Shown here in pieces: positions 9,398 through 20,359 of a stretch of DNA of 64,000 bases. Within the stretch, counting starts at the first letter, position 1. Every line of letters begins with the position of its first letter. The notes below the pieces were generated by a model that worked only from the letters and a program-made list of their open reading frames with translations, did no database searches and was not told where the DNA came from. Location: IMG/VR virus record IMGVR_UViG_3300042402_003577, positions 1 through 64,000 of that record; one strand, written 5' to 3'. The position numbers and the translations under genes are program-made. Source of the stretch: a virus.

Positions 9398-12300
9398 CTA
9401 GACACAGTCAGGAATTGAAGTAGTATCTTCAAGATTTTCTGAAGGAATCTTATAAGCCCATTCTGGTAATATTCCTACTTTTTGGTCGGCAAATTTCATC
9501 ATTTTATAAACTTGATCTGAAAGTACTTTAGCTTCCGCTAATTTACCTTCTTTTCTTAGCTTTCTTGCCTCGTCTCTTACTTTAAAGGCTTCATCATTTA
9601 TTCCTGAGAAATTAACAAAAGAGTTTTGTCCTCTAGTTTCAGATGTTATAGCTTTTCTAGCAGTTGGGCTATACATTTGAACGTGGACTCTCCAAGCGTT
9701 TTCTTCCCCTACAGGTCCAAATCCATTACCAAGTTTTGCGTGGCCAAAGAAATCATGTACAAATCTGAAAACATCATTTGCTAATAAAGGCACATTATTT
9801 GCATCTTTAAACTCTGTTACTTGTAGTAAAGGATTTTCCTTTCTTTGTTCTTCTGTAATAGGGGTGTCACCAAACCCAGCCTCTGTGGAAAAAATTTTCA
9901 TTCTTTTATTCTCTCTCAAATCATCAATCATTTCTTGAGCATTATCGTATTCAGAAGTACTCATTTCTACTCTATACCCTTCTGCCAAAATGGCTCTATG
10001 TTGGGCAATCGTTTCTTCGACTAATGCTTTATAGGCCTCCTGAGTCTCTTCTTCAAAAGGGGTGGCTACCATATCATCATAAGCTTTTGAAAGTCTAATA
10101 GCAAAAGGTTTGTCAATTTTAGTGATGGTGTTGTCTACCATTGGTTCCAAACCATTTTCTTCATTATATTTATTTGCAATTGTTGTAGCATCTAGTAATG
10201 GATTATTAAATAATCTATTTCCTGGAGCTACTACTACAGATTTTTGTACTAGCTTATTTTCTTGCCCTTCCTTAGAAAGTCTTCCTTTTCCTAATCCCGT
10301 ATTACTTGTACCTGTTACTGTACTTCTAAATAATAATTCTTGCTTTGCTCTATTTCCTTCTATTTCATCTATACTTCTACCTTGCTCATCTAATATATCA
10401 AAAGCAGAATATTTCCCAGAAATAAGAGTTAATACAGGTTTAATTTTTTTATTATTCTCATCAACCATAATTAATCCATACCCAAAAGTAGAATGATCTT
10501 TAGATTCATCTATTTTAACAGGATTTGTAATTTCAATAGAAGCATAAATGTCTGAACCACTTAATCCTTTAGTGAATTTTTCCGCTGAAACTAAAGCAAT
10601 TGTGTTGATAAAATCGTCTACTTTAGAAACATTTTTAACATTTGTATTTAAAAAATTAGCAATTTGTTCTAGGTTTCCCTTAAAAGATTCTTTTTTAGCC
10701 ATATTCCCTAAAATAGATTTTAAAACATTGCCTCTCTTTTCAAAAGAAGATGCATTAACATCTGAAAAGTTTGCATCTAAAGCATCCTTTATTTGTGTTA
10801 CACTTGCGGTTAAAGGTATATCTAAGGTTATATCATAAGATTTTAATGCATCTATAACTGATCTTCTCATATCTTGTCTAGATATTAATTCAGCGTCTAA
10901 AAGGGCTTCTGCCACTTTTAAAGTAGATGTTACTCCTTGTGGATTACTTAGTAATTTAGCGTCAGATCCTTTTGTTAACACTAAGTGAGTTTTTCCTCCA
11001 TTTTTCAATAAGGATTCATTAATGGATTTTATAGCAGCATTAGCCCTATTTAGGTTAGAATATGCCCAGACGTTTCCATATTTAGTTACATAAAATAGCC
11101 CTCCATTTCCTTCTGTAGATATAGAACTACTTATTTTTTCTCCGTCTACGTTTAGTATAGAAACATTTCCTACTAACATATCATCAGGAGAAGTAGTCAC
11201 AAAAACTCCTCCCTCTAAATGATTTAGATTATCAGTTTCTTTTAGCAAACCTTGTTCTATTAATTCTTGTTTTTTACCTTCTTCGATGTAAACAACTTCT
11301 ACTTTTACTTTATCGTCTCCATAGATTTGATTAGCGTACAAGGCTTCTATAGGGCTTCCTTTAAATAAATCCGTAGCAATTGCTCTAGAAAACTGGTTTA
11401 AATCCATGGCTTGAATTTGTTCAGAGGTATATTGAGATAATCCTAATATTTGGCCAATAGCATTCCACAATTCTTGTAACCAAGACTTAGTTTTAGCACT
11501 ATTTTCCTCCACAAGTTTTGCCCCGTTATCCCCAATTGTTTGAGCTAATACTTCTTCTAAAAATGCATCACTGTCAACTTTTAGATCAGGCTGTGTTTCC
11601 ATTACATATTGTCTATAAGGCTCTGCTTCTTCAGATTTAGCTAATTCTAAACCTCTTTGATAGATTTCCTCAAGATTATTTTTAGCCCAAGATAACCATA
11701 AATGTCCGAATTCATGGATTGAAGTGTCAAGATTCATCTTATCCATGTTCAAATAAACATCTCCATTATAAACAAATCCTGCAGTAGTTAAATTGATTCC
11801 TTTGTCGGATAATTGTTGGTATCTTATATCATTGCTTTGAGTGCTGAATGAGCCTATATTTTCGGTGGCTGATTTAATTTGGTTTGGCGAATACACCGCT
11901 ATATTAATACCTTCACTTTCATTTGTTGCAAACGAATCATAGTTTTCTTTTATGAAAGTTTGCAGTGTAGGTGTCTCTAACAATTTCCAATCGTTACTAC
12001 CTCTCCTAAGTATAATTTTTATCTTTTCACTTTCACTTAGATTAGCCCAGTCTTCTGTGATTTGTTTCTCGGACTTACTATAATCATTTAAAAGCCAATC
12101 ATAATCTTCAAAAAACATTTCTTCTTCTAAAGAATATTTTTCGTTAGCTTCCTTGTAAATATTTGTTGAATTTTTTTCTATGTAATTAATTAAATCTATT
12201 GGTAGTCCATCTTTTCTAATATGTAAAGTTTTGTTAGTTTTGATAAAAAATGAACCTATTCCCTGTGTATCTTTCCATATTACAGAGTTTTCTGCAATGT

Positions 12301-15300
12301 ATCTTCTAGCTTCGGCTTCTTCTGTAGTGAAGAAATTATAATCATACCCTTTATCACTTTTAAATATATTAATATCTTTTAATTTGTCTGAACCATGATA
12401 TACAATCAATGGCTGCCCATTCTCATCTACTACCTTACTCCCTTCAAACCACGCTTTAAACTCATCACTAAAAGTTTGTGCCGTTAATCTCTCTGCTTCA
12501 CTATCGGAATATCCTAAATCTTTGTATGATTGATATAAGATACTTGGCTTACCATTTGGTGCTAGATTTAATGGATTACCGTTGTTTCGTTTCATCGCTT
12601 CTTGGATTGATATTCCTCCCGAAATTTTTTGAAACTGAATATTATTTTTTGATTCAAAAGAAGCAAGTCTTTTTTCAGCAGTTCCTAAAAACTTTTCAAT
12701 ATCTTTTTGAGTTACTCCTGTTTCTTCTTCTATTATAGAAAAATCTACCGATCCAGAATCTATTTTATTATTTAATTGCTCAACAAAAGCTTGTAGTTCT
12801 GAATATGTAGGTGAAGTAATTGATACATCTAAGTCAATATAATTAGAAATAGCTGATAAAGTTTCCATAGCATCTTTGGTATCCAAAGTATTACCCATAG
12901 TGTTTATATTGAAAAATTTCACTATGCTTTCTGGAGCCACTGCTGATTCAAATCGTGTACCTCTTTGGCCACCTCTGCTTTCAATACTTCTAGTTACTTG
13001 TTTAGTAGTTTCGGCTTCTACTCCAAGCTCTATCAATTTGTCTTCAATTTCTTCGTTAGACATTTCAAAAACCTCGTTAGCCAAACCTGTTTCTTTTAAT
13101 CTTCCCACAACACTACTCATCAACTCAGAGGCTGCTCCACTAGGAGATTCTTCTTGGGTAGAGTTTATTGTTGATATTAAATTTCTAGCTTCCTCAGCTT
13201 TGCCTTGTACTTTTTCAGGAAGATTTGCTACCATTATATCAAACTGAGTATTTGTAGGAATTCTTCCATATATTCTTAAATTTTGTGCAATATGATAACC
13301 CTTGCTATAATCTTGCACATCACCTCTGGCACCTTCAAACTCTTTAGCTATTTCTATTAAAGATCTTAAAGCTATTATTCTAGCCTTTAAAGGATGTTCT
13401 ATTTCTTGATCAGTAGCTTTTTTATAAGTTAAAGTTTCTGGTACTAAAGGCACTATAGCATCCGCTCTCATAGCTGGTCCCGTAATAGGCTCACCCGCAG
13501 GGTCATAATACCAAGTACCCACAGCCATTTTATACCCATCTTCAGCGGCCATTTTAACCATTTCTTTCTTTATATTAGCCTCTCTAAATGGAGTATTTTC
13601 TGGAATTATGGTTTCTGCCATACTTCTATACCCATTAGGATCGGTATTCATTGGGTATACTTGTTTTTTTGGAACTTTTACTGTATACACAGTTCCTCCC
13701 ACCATTCTTTCTTCATCAGTAGGTAAAGTGTAGTAAGAAGCTACCCCATACTGAGTGGCTTTTTCTTCTCTTGATGTTCTTAGAGAATAGAATTTTCTTG
13801 AATCTATACCTGCATTAATTTCTGCTACAGGTGCATTAGATTTATGGAAAAATACATAGTTTTCTCCATCTTCTGTTTCAGTTAAGAAAGATTCATAATA
13901 AGTGTCTTTTACTAAATCAGTATTTTTATTCTTGGCTACCGCAGAAAGAAGTACTTGTTTTTTAGGCACTGGCTTAGATTTCACGTTATCCAATACTAAA
14001 GCATTGTCTGCAAAAAGTATATTAGGATTCACTCCTATTTTGTGACTTCCTAAAGTATCCTCATTCATAGTGATAATTCTATCTAAAAGAAAGCTTATTA
14101 AAATACCATCATTTAAATCTTGATTTCCATCAGTATAAGGAAGAATTGAATCTAACTTATCTATCTGAGACTGTGTAGAAGAAGCCCTTAAATCTAGTTT
14201 TCTACCACCTAATTCACTAGAAAGTAAATACTGTAAGTTTACTAATTTAGGATTTTTTAATTTGTTATTTTTAACAAGTGCATCTAACTCCGCTATAAAA
14301 TTTGGATAAATATCCACTCCATCAACATTGTTTGCAGTAAGTTTATTTCTATCAATTAAATCAAGAACTGCTTTTAAGTCTTGAGAGCTATAACCTAATT
14401 CTGATAACTTAGGAGTTACCATAGGTATGATAATATTCTTATTAGGAAAATTAGTCATAAAAAGATAGGATGCCCCTAGCGGTGCATTGGTTGGTACTTT
14501 TCCTGGCACTACCACTCCGTTTTGATTTTTAAAAACACGTTGTTTGTCTTCAACTCCCACATAAACCATTTCATATTCTCCTGGAACCAATACTCCAGAT
14601 GCTATTGCATTTTTCTCCCAATCAGCAAAAGATTGAAGAGGGGCTCTATTGAAGTCGTTAAACTGTATATCCTTTATTCTAGCTTTTGTAGGTTGTAGTC
14701 TATTAAGTCCTTTTTTATTAGAGATTTTTAGATTTTCTCTTAACGGAGAATTTGGAGCAACCATTGCAATTTTTTCCCCATTTGCATTTACAATAGATAA
14801 AGAAGCTTTGTTTTTAAAGTCTTTTTGTACTTCATCCTTATCATTATTCCCCTTTTCATTATTCTCCACTATTTCTACTTCTGTACCAATAATATCCGCA
14901 GCTACTGCAACATCATTAACTACTTCTACGAATCCATTAGGTTGTACAAATTCAACATAATTTTTAGACAATACTGGAGTTTGTGTATCAGCATTTAGTA
15001 CTTGATACGTTCCTTTGCCTTCAAAAGATTTTGGCATAACCCATTTATTCTTTTCATAAACATCTTTCAAGTCTTTTAAAGTCATTCTTTTTTTACCATA
15101 TTTATTTGCAAGAACATTGTCTCCAAATATTTTAATAGTATAAAAAGCTCCTTTATGATCGTCAACTTGAATATATAATCCTTTTCCTAACCCAGCCATA
15201 AATACTTGGGTATCTTCTTTCATTGCTTTTTTAGAAGTAGTCTTAGTGGATTTATTTTTATCCTCTACTTTCATGTCTTCTTCGGTAGCTTCTATTTCAG

Positions 15301-18300
15301 GCTGAATCACAGTTACTTCTGTTTCTTGAACAGGAATATCTGATTCCAATACTACTAAAGAATCTTCTTTCAAATTATCTGCAGTTGTTGCAGGAGTGTC
15401 TTCTTCGTCTAAAGGAATCTCATCAAATGATTCTACTTCTTCTTGAGTTAATAACCCTTCTTCTTCTAAGGTAGTTAATACAGGATCACTAGTGGTAAGT
15501 TGCAATAATGTTCTACTAATAGTATTATCATTATTGGCAATATAGTTGAAAGATTTTTTTTCTAAATTTAAATTAGTTAGTCCATTTTCAGTGGTATAAT
15601 TATTATATACTCTAATAGGAACAACATTAATAGAAGCCATAGTTATTCCGTTATCTTGGAAAATAGCTTGTATTTCAGTTAAATCATTAGACCAACCTGT
15701 AGCAGATGCTTCATAACTGCCTGAAAAAGATTTAAAGTCAACTAAGTGTACACTTCCTTCATTATCAACTACTGTTAATATAGGAGTGGTAGCTATACCT
15801 TCATATCCTCTTCCTTCATCCTCAGAAAGTTTTGAAGTTACTACTTCGTCATTAAACTTATAAGCAAATCCTTTAGCATCTAAATCTGATTTTAATGCTA
15901 ATATTGTTTCTGCTATAAATTGTAAACTTCTATTATCAATACCGACTTCTGTATCAAACCCAGATTCAATAATAACTTTATTGATTATCTGAGATACATT
16001 ATAAGGAGTTAGTAATAATGAGTTGTTAAATACTTGTTTAGCTATTTCACTAATAACCGCATTTGTCAATACCGTATTTCTCTCTTCTTGAGTCATCATA
16101 GTAGGAGAAACACTATACCCAGCAGGTTTGTATAAGTTACCGTCAACCTCAAACATAGGGTTCCCATTCACTTGTGTAATGATTTTCTCGACAAAAATAC
16201 CTGATATACCCTCTAAACGAGTTTCATCCTGGGTAGATAATTGTTTATTTAGATAGGTTTTTACTGCTTTTTTTGTTTGAGCATAAGACTTTTTATTTTC
16301 AAACCCTAGTCTTTTTGCGTATTCATATACTTGTTCTTTGTCTTCTAAAATAGCCTTTATGTCTTCCTTATTTTTAGGAGTAATAACTTGGGATCTATCT
16401 GAAGTTTGTTTTGCCCCTGTAGCGTATTCAAGGCCTATCAGTCTTTCTACATCTCCTAAAGTACCTTTATTTTCTGCTAATTTTTTAGTAGTGGCATTTT
16501 TTTCTTTAATATTATTTTTTGAAGCTTGGAATTCTTCCAAACTTATAGGTGTAAATTTAGAGTCTAATACTTCCACTCCATACTCTTTTTTCAATGTAGA
16601 ATTTGATTTCTTTAATGCTTTATATGCATCTAAATAATCCGCATAAGCATCGTTGATTTCACTTTGTTCAATCTCCTCATCAGTAGCGTCTACTCCTGCC
16701 ATAGATTGTAATTTCTCTTGTAATACTAAACTGGCAGTTCTAAACTCATCACGCCTAGCTATGGCCTCGTTTTGTGTATCAAATCTACCTGCTTTATATT
16801 GCTTCTTTAAAGTATTGATAGTTTTATCACTAGTCTTAATAGTCTTCTCTAAGGTTTGCTTTTTTACTTGTAATTCTTGGGTGTCTGTACCATCTATTAC
16901 AGCAGTTTCTATCTCAGCGTTTACTTTTTCCAATTGGCTCATAGCCATTTGTTTATCCATAATAGCATTGCTTACTGCTTTATATGCATAACTACCCTCC
17001 TGACTATTTCTTGCTCTTATAAGGTCAGTAGCTTCAGAAGTAACTTGATTTAACTCTTGTATATATTGCTTTTGAACAGGCTTAGTTTCTTTGTTAAAAG
17101 TATCTATAAAGTTAGTTAAATTGTTATTACTTAATTGAAGTTGCTCATAATCACTAATTTTTTTACCTAATTCTTCAGTAAGAGGATTGCTACCCACTGT
17201 TTTATAGGTACCTTCAGGAGAAACAGAGACGTTTCCTTTGGCAGCTTCTTCATCTAAAGCAATTTTCTTTTCAGCTAATTCTCTTTCATTTAAACTTTGT
17301 CTGATAATAGCATTGTCAAAAGTTCTACCACTATTAACTTTAGATAAACTTTCTTCTGTCAACCCAATAGAGTTTGCAAAGCTTTTTATTACAGGATTTG
17401 CAAAATTTAAGGTAGCTAAAGCTTCATCATTAACTCCAAGTTCTGATTTTCTTGCATTATAAGAGTCTTTTAATGCGCTATAATCAGTCATCATTTTTGC
17501 TTGGTCTGCTTCAGAAAAGTTATTATTACCACTCTGAGTCATAATATCTACCATAGAAGTAAAAGTAGCTTCATTTTCAAAAGCTGTTTTTAAATAATCT
17601 TCTTTTGAAAAAGGACCTTTAGTTGACATAGATTGAACTATATCCATTCCTTGAGATAATGTACTACCAGTGAAAAAAGAAGTTATTGCTACATCTGGAT
17701 TTAAAAAATTCAAATCCTTTAAAGTTTCTTGGTTATATGCTTTATCTCCTGTTATTTTTTCATTAATAAAATTAGCTGCAACATTAACAAGTGGCTCTAA
17801 TATAACTTCTTCTGTAGCTTCTTGTCCTCCCACTTTTGCCGATGTTTTTAAAACTCTTCCCGCTGAAGACATAATATTTTGAAACATTACTTTGTTAATA
17901 GCTGCATTGGTTAACTTTTCCCTTAAAGTTATATCAGGAATTTTAGCAAATTCTTTGTTAATAATTTTCACAGCTTCCGAAGAAGCTTCAATAGCTTCAG
18001 GCATTATCACCTTGTTTATATCATTCCCAGTTAGTCCTATTGCTTTACTTTCTAAAGTAGATGTAAGCAATGTAGCAAAAGCCAAAGCACCAGAAGTAGC
18101 TAGTGCAGGAAAAGGATTGTCTTTGTCCTGTGCAGCTTCTTGATATTTCTTATAGATTGAAGGATATTGTTCCGTCATGTTACTAGCGACATTAATCATA
18201 AACTCAGCTCCCTGGGCTAATCTCCTCTCATTAGCCGCTCCTCTTATTAATGCTCCTGCAATTTTACCTGCACCTGCTCCTACTAACAAAGATGGCATTT

Positions 18301-20341
18301 CCTCCACTATTTCTGGAGCCATACTATTCCAAACATTCTCTAAAAATACTGCTTTTCCTCCTTCAGTTTCCCACAAAGATTTACCATTTGCCATTATTTT
18401 TTCTTTGTTTGACTCAAAATCATTTGCAAGCCATTTCATTACTTCTGGATTATTGATTGTATATTCCATATCCCCACCAAAAGCATTTATTATTTGACCT
18501 TCAGGGGAGTATTGAACCTTTACTTTATCTCCTGTAGGTAGTATTCTATCAACATATTTATCATCTTTAAATATAGATAGTTTAAAATGACTATCTTGCT
18601 GAGTTAAATTATCAAATAAATCAGTATTATTTATAATATTTTCAGTCCACTCAGGTGTATAAGCCTCCCCTCCTCTAAAAGGGGCTGTGGCTAATTGAGT
18701 GCCTATTTGAGCTGCAGCCGCTGTTTGGTTTGCAGTAAAATCACCTGCTTTTAATGCAGTCCAAGCGGTATTATACAACGCTTTATCAAAACCTGCTTTA
18801 GATAAAACTCCCTGTTCTTCTACATTTTTATCTAATATAGCTGTACGGACTGCTTCTTTTCTTCCTATATTTTCTACTTTATTTAAGGTACCAAATGCCT
18901 TAGCTTTTTCTTCATTATAAATATCTACGTTAGCCAATGATAACAATTTCCATTTACCATCCCGTATTGTAGTAATAGCAGATTTACTATAAGTATCTGC
19001 TATATTCTGAAAATCAGGATTATTAAATAGTTTTATATCATTTTCTGATAACTTACCTATATTTGCGTATAACCCCTCTTCCCTCTCCTTTTTTGCAGTC
19101 AAATATGTGTCTATTTTTCCGACTACTTCCGACTTAGGTATACCAATTTCAGACTGTATTTTATCATATAACGGGGTTAGATTATTATCTAAGTTATTAG
19201 CAGCCAGCCTATATGATTTATCTACAGCGGTTTTTTCAAGTTGTTCTGCAGTTAGGTTTGTAAACTTTTCTGTCTTTGTATTTTTTTTAAGAGAATAGTC
19301 AAGAAAATATATAATAGGATTCCATCTACCCTCCATTAAAATATCAATAAACCCGTCTTTTTTATCCTCTTCTTTTATTTCCGCTGTCGGAAATATTTTT
19401 GTGGTAATTTCCCCTATTTTTTCTCTTGCTTTTTTAGACCCAGATTCTATAGAAGGATCTATATATGAACCTGCTTTTTTCATTGCTTCTGCGTTATTAT
19501 AAGGTGCATTTTTAAAAGGATTAACCCCTTTTCCTACAAAATCCAAAAACTTTTGATTCTCATTTTTAAGCGTTTCTGCTTGTGAAATCTCTTTGTCTAT
19601 ATCTGAATTATGCTCCCATGTATTTTTAATGGCTTTTGCATATCCAAAAACATTTAATCCAACAAGAGGGGCTTCTACTTTGCTTAATTCATCTAAATAA
19701 CTCTTTTTTTCCTTAGCTTTGTTCTCTATCGTTGTTTTATTTGCTTGAATTTTATTTTTATAATTTATAGTCTCTTGCTCTTGTTCTATGGGATTTAAAT
19801 TTCTTCCCTCTCTTCTAAGTTTTTCTACATTTAAATTTAAAATCTCTTGTTCTTTTTGTCCAGTATAATCCACTTTATATGTTTTTACTACTGGTTCCGC
19901 CCCAAAAATAGCAAATCTACTCGGCACATAAGTAGCGTAATTACTAGGGTCTTCCTGTAACTTATTATACTTGTCTTCTACCGCTTTTATTTTTTGCCCA
20001 TATTCTTTATCTAGAACAGTTATAGGAGTTGTTTTAGAGAAAGGATAAGGAGTTTCTGGTTTTTGCTCTACAAATTTTTCACTAATAAGTTCAGCTTTAG
20101 GGGCTTTTTTCTCATCTCCTAAAAAGAAACTTTTAACTCCTTCAAAAAACCCAGGCTCTTCTTGTTGAGGAGTAACTTTTGGCGCAACATTGGTTTGTTG
20201 TACAGGGGTTTGTTGATTTGATACACTAAATTTATTTTTAAAATCATTTGCGTAATTAATAACATCTTGTTGACTAGCTCCTCTTGCCAACATTTGCTTT
20301 ATATTAGAATCTAATTGCGCTCTTCTTTGTGGGTCTAACAT
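9398..20341 (-). CDS. Giant polyvalent virion cargo protein, 3647 aa
   Basis: Contains a PD-(D/E)xK-like VVD..G.VHLVDFKS segment, an ART-like PLIVYHGS...NQIKSAT.N.G.F segment, a zincin IHEFGHLW motif and a C-terminal FRFVHDFFGH..GEENAW..ETRGQNS domain. Confidence 0.75.
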   Translation of the reverse strand: MLDPQRRAQLDSNIKQMLARGASQQDVINYANDFKNKFSVSNQQTPVQQTNVAPKVTPQQEEPGFFEGVKSFFLGDEKKAPKAELISEKFVEQKPETPYPFSKTTPITVLDKEYGQKIKAVEDKYNKLQEDPSNYATYVPSRFAIFGAEPVVKTYKVDYTGQKEQEILNLNVEKLRREGRNLNPIEQEQETINYKNKIQANKTTIENKAKEKKSYLDELSKVEAPLVGLNVFGYAKAIKNTWEHNSDIDKEISQAETLKNENQKFLDFVGKGVNPFKNAPYNNAEAMKKAGSYIDPSIESGSKKAREKIGEITTKIFPTAEIKEEDKKDGFIDILMEGRWNPIIYFLDYSLKKNTKTEKFTNLTAEQLEKTAVDKSYRLAANNLDNNLTPLYDKIQSEIGIPKSEVVGKIDTYLTAKKEREEGLYANIGKLSENDIKLFNNPDFQNIADTYSKSAITTIRDGKWKLLSLANVDIYNEEKAKAFGTLNKVENIGRKEAVRTAILDKNVEEQGVLSKAGFDKALYNTAWTALKAGDFTANQTAAAAQIGTQLATAPFRGGEAYTPEWTENIINNTDLFDNLTQQDSHFKLSIFKDDKYVDRILPTGDKVKVQYSPEGQIINAFGGDMEYTINNPEVMKWLANDFESNKEKIMANGKSLWETEGGKAVFLENVWNSMAPEIVEEMPSLLVGAGAGKIAGALIRGAANERRLAQGAEFMINVASNMTEQYPSIYKKYQEAAQDKDNPFPALATSGALAFATLLTSTLESKAIGLTGNDINKVIMPEAIEASSEAVKIINKEFAKIPDITLREKLTNAAINKVMFQNIMSSAGRVLKTSAKVGGQEATEEVILEPLVNVAANFINEKITGDKAYNQETLKDLNFLNPDVAITSFFTGSTLSQGMDIVQSMSTKGPFSKEDYLKTAFENEATFTSMVDIMTQSGNNNFSEADQAKMMTDYSALKDSYNARKSELGVNDEALATLNFANPVIKSFANSIGLTEESLSKVNSGRTFDNAIIRQSLNERELAEKKIALDEEAAKGNVSVSPEGTYKTVGSNPLTEELGKKISDYEQLQLSNNNLTNFIDTFNKETKPVQKQYIQELNQVTSEATDLIRARNSQEGSYAYKAVSNAIMDKQMAMSQLEKVNAEIETAVIDGTDTQELQVKKQTLEKTIKTSDKTINTLKKQYKAGRFDTQNEAIARRDEFRTASLVLQEKLQSMAGVDATDEEIEQSEINDAYADYLDAYKALKKSNSTLKKEYGVEVLDSKFTPISLEEFQASKNNIKEKNATTKKLAENKGTLGDVERLIGLEYATGAKQTSDRSQVITPKNKEDIKAILEDKEQVYEYAKRLGFENKKSYAQTKKAVKTYLNKQLSTQDETRLEGISGIFVEKIITQVNGNPMFEVDGNLYKPAGYSVSPTMMTQEERNTVLTNAVISEIAKQVFNNSLLLTPYNVSQIINKVIIESGFDTEVGIDNRSLQFIAETILALKSDLDAKGFAYKFNDEVVTSKLSEDEGRGYEGIATTPILTVVDNEGSVHLVDFKSFSGSYEASATGWSNDLTEIQAIFQDNGITMASINVVPIRVYNNYTTENGLTNLNLEKKSFNYIANNDNTISRTLLQLTTSDPVLTTLEEEGLLTQEEVESFDEIPLDEEDTPATTADNLKEDSLVVLESDIPVQETEVTVIQPEIEATEEDMKVEDKNKSTKTTSKKAMKEDTQVFMAGLGKGLYIQVDDHKGAFYTIKIFGDNVLANKYGKKRMTLKDLKDVYEKNKWVMPKSFEGKGTYQVLNADTQTPVLSKNYVEFVQPNGFVEVVNDVAVAADIIGTEVEIVENNEKGNNDKDEVQKDFKNKASLSIVNANGEKIAMVAPNSPLRENLKISNKKGLNRLQPTKARIKDIQFNDFNRAPLQSFADWEKNAIASGVLVPGEYEMVYVGVEDKQRVFKNQNGVVVPGKVPTNAPLGASYLFMTNFPNKNIIIPMVTPKLSELGYSSQDLKAVLDLIDRNKLTANNVDGVDIYPNFIAELDALVKNNKLKNPKLVNLQYLLSSELGGRKLDLRASSTQSQIDKLDSILPYTDGNQDLNDGILISFLLDRIITMNEDTLGSHKIGVNPNILFADNALVLDNVKSKPVPKKQVLLSAVAKNKNTDLVKDTYYESFLTETEDGENYVFFHKSNAPVAEINAGIDSRKFYSLRTSREEKATQYGVASYYTLPTDEERMVGGTVYTVKVPKKQVYPMNTDPNGYRSMAETIIPENTPFREANIKKEMVKMAAEDGYKMAVGTWYYDPAGEPITGPAMRADAIVPLVPETLTYKKATDQEIEHPLKARIIALRSLIEIAKEFEGARGDVQDYSKGYHIAQNLRIYGRIPTNTQFDIMVANLPEKVQGKAEEARNLISTINSTQEESPSGAASELMSSVVGRLKETGLANEVFEMSNEEIEDKLIELGVEAETTKQVTRSIESRGGQRGTRFESAVAPESIVKFFNINTMGNTLDTKDAMETLSAISNYIDLDVSITSPTYSELQAFVEQLNNKIDSGSVDFSIIEEETGVTQKDIEKFLGTAEKRLASFESKNNIQFQKISGGISIQEAMKRNNGNPLNLAPNGKPSILYQSYKDLGYSDSEAERLTAQTFSDEFKAWFEGSKVVDENGQPLIVYHGSDKLKDINIFKSDKGYDYNFFTTEEAEARRYIAENSVIWKDTQGIGSFFIKTNKTLHIRKDGLPIDLINYIEKNSTNIYKEANEKYSLEEEMFFEDYDWLLNDYSKSEKQITEDWANLSESEKIKIILRRGSNDWKLLETPTLQTFIKENYDSFATNESEGINIAVYSPNQIKSATENIGSFSTQSNDIRYQQLSDKGINLTTAGFVYNGDVYLNMDKMNLDTSIHEFGHLWLSWAKNNLEEIYQRGLELAKSEEAEPYRQYVMETQPDLKVDSDAFLEEVLAQTIGDNGAKLVEENSAKTKSWLQELWNAIGQILGLSQYTSEQIQAMDLNQFSRAIATDLFKGSPIEALYANQIYGDDKVKVEVVYIEEGKKQELIEQGLLKETDNLNHLEGGVFVTTSPDDMLVGNVSILNVDGEKISSSISTEGNGGLFYVTKYGNVWAYSNLNRANAAIKSINESLLKNGGKTHLVLTKGSDAKLLSNPQGVTSTLKVAEALLDAELISRQDMRRSVIDALKSYDITLDIPLTASVTQIKDALDANFSDVNASSFEKRGNVLKSILGNMAKKESFKGNLEQIANFLNTNVKNVSKVDDFINTIALVSAEKFTKGLSGSDIYASIEITNPVKIDESKDHSTFGYGLIMVDENNKKIKPVLTLISGKYSAFDILDEQGRSIDEIEGNRAKQELLFRSTVTGTSNTGLGKGRLSKEGQENKLVQKSVVVAPGNRLFNNPLLDATTIANKYNEENGLEPMVDNTITKIDKPFAIRLSKAYDDMVATPFEEETQEAYKALVEETIAQHRAILAEGYRVEMSTSEYDNAQEMIDDLRENKRMKIFSTEAGFGDTPITEEQRKENPLLQVTEFKDANNVPLLANDVFRFVHDFFGHAKLGNGFGPVGEENAWRVHVQMYSPTARKAITSETRGQNSFVNFSGINDEAFKVRDEARKLRKEGKLAEAKVLSDQVYKMMKFADQKVGILPEWAYKIPSENLEDTTSIPDCV

Positions 20342-20359
20342 TTTTATAAATTAAATTTA

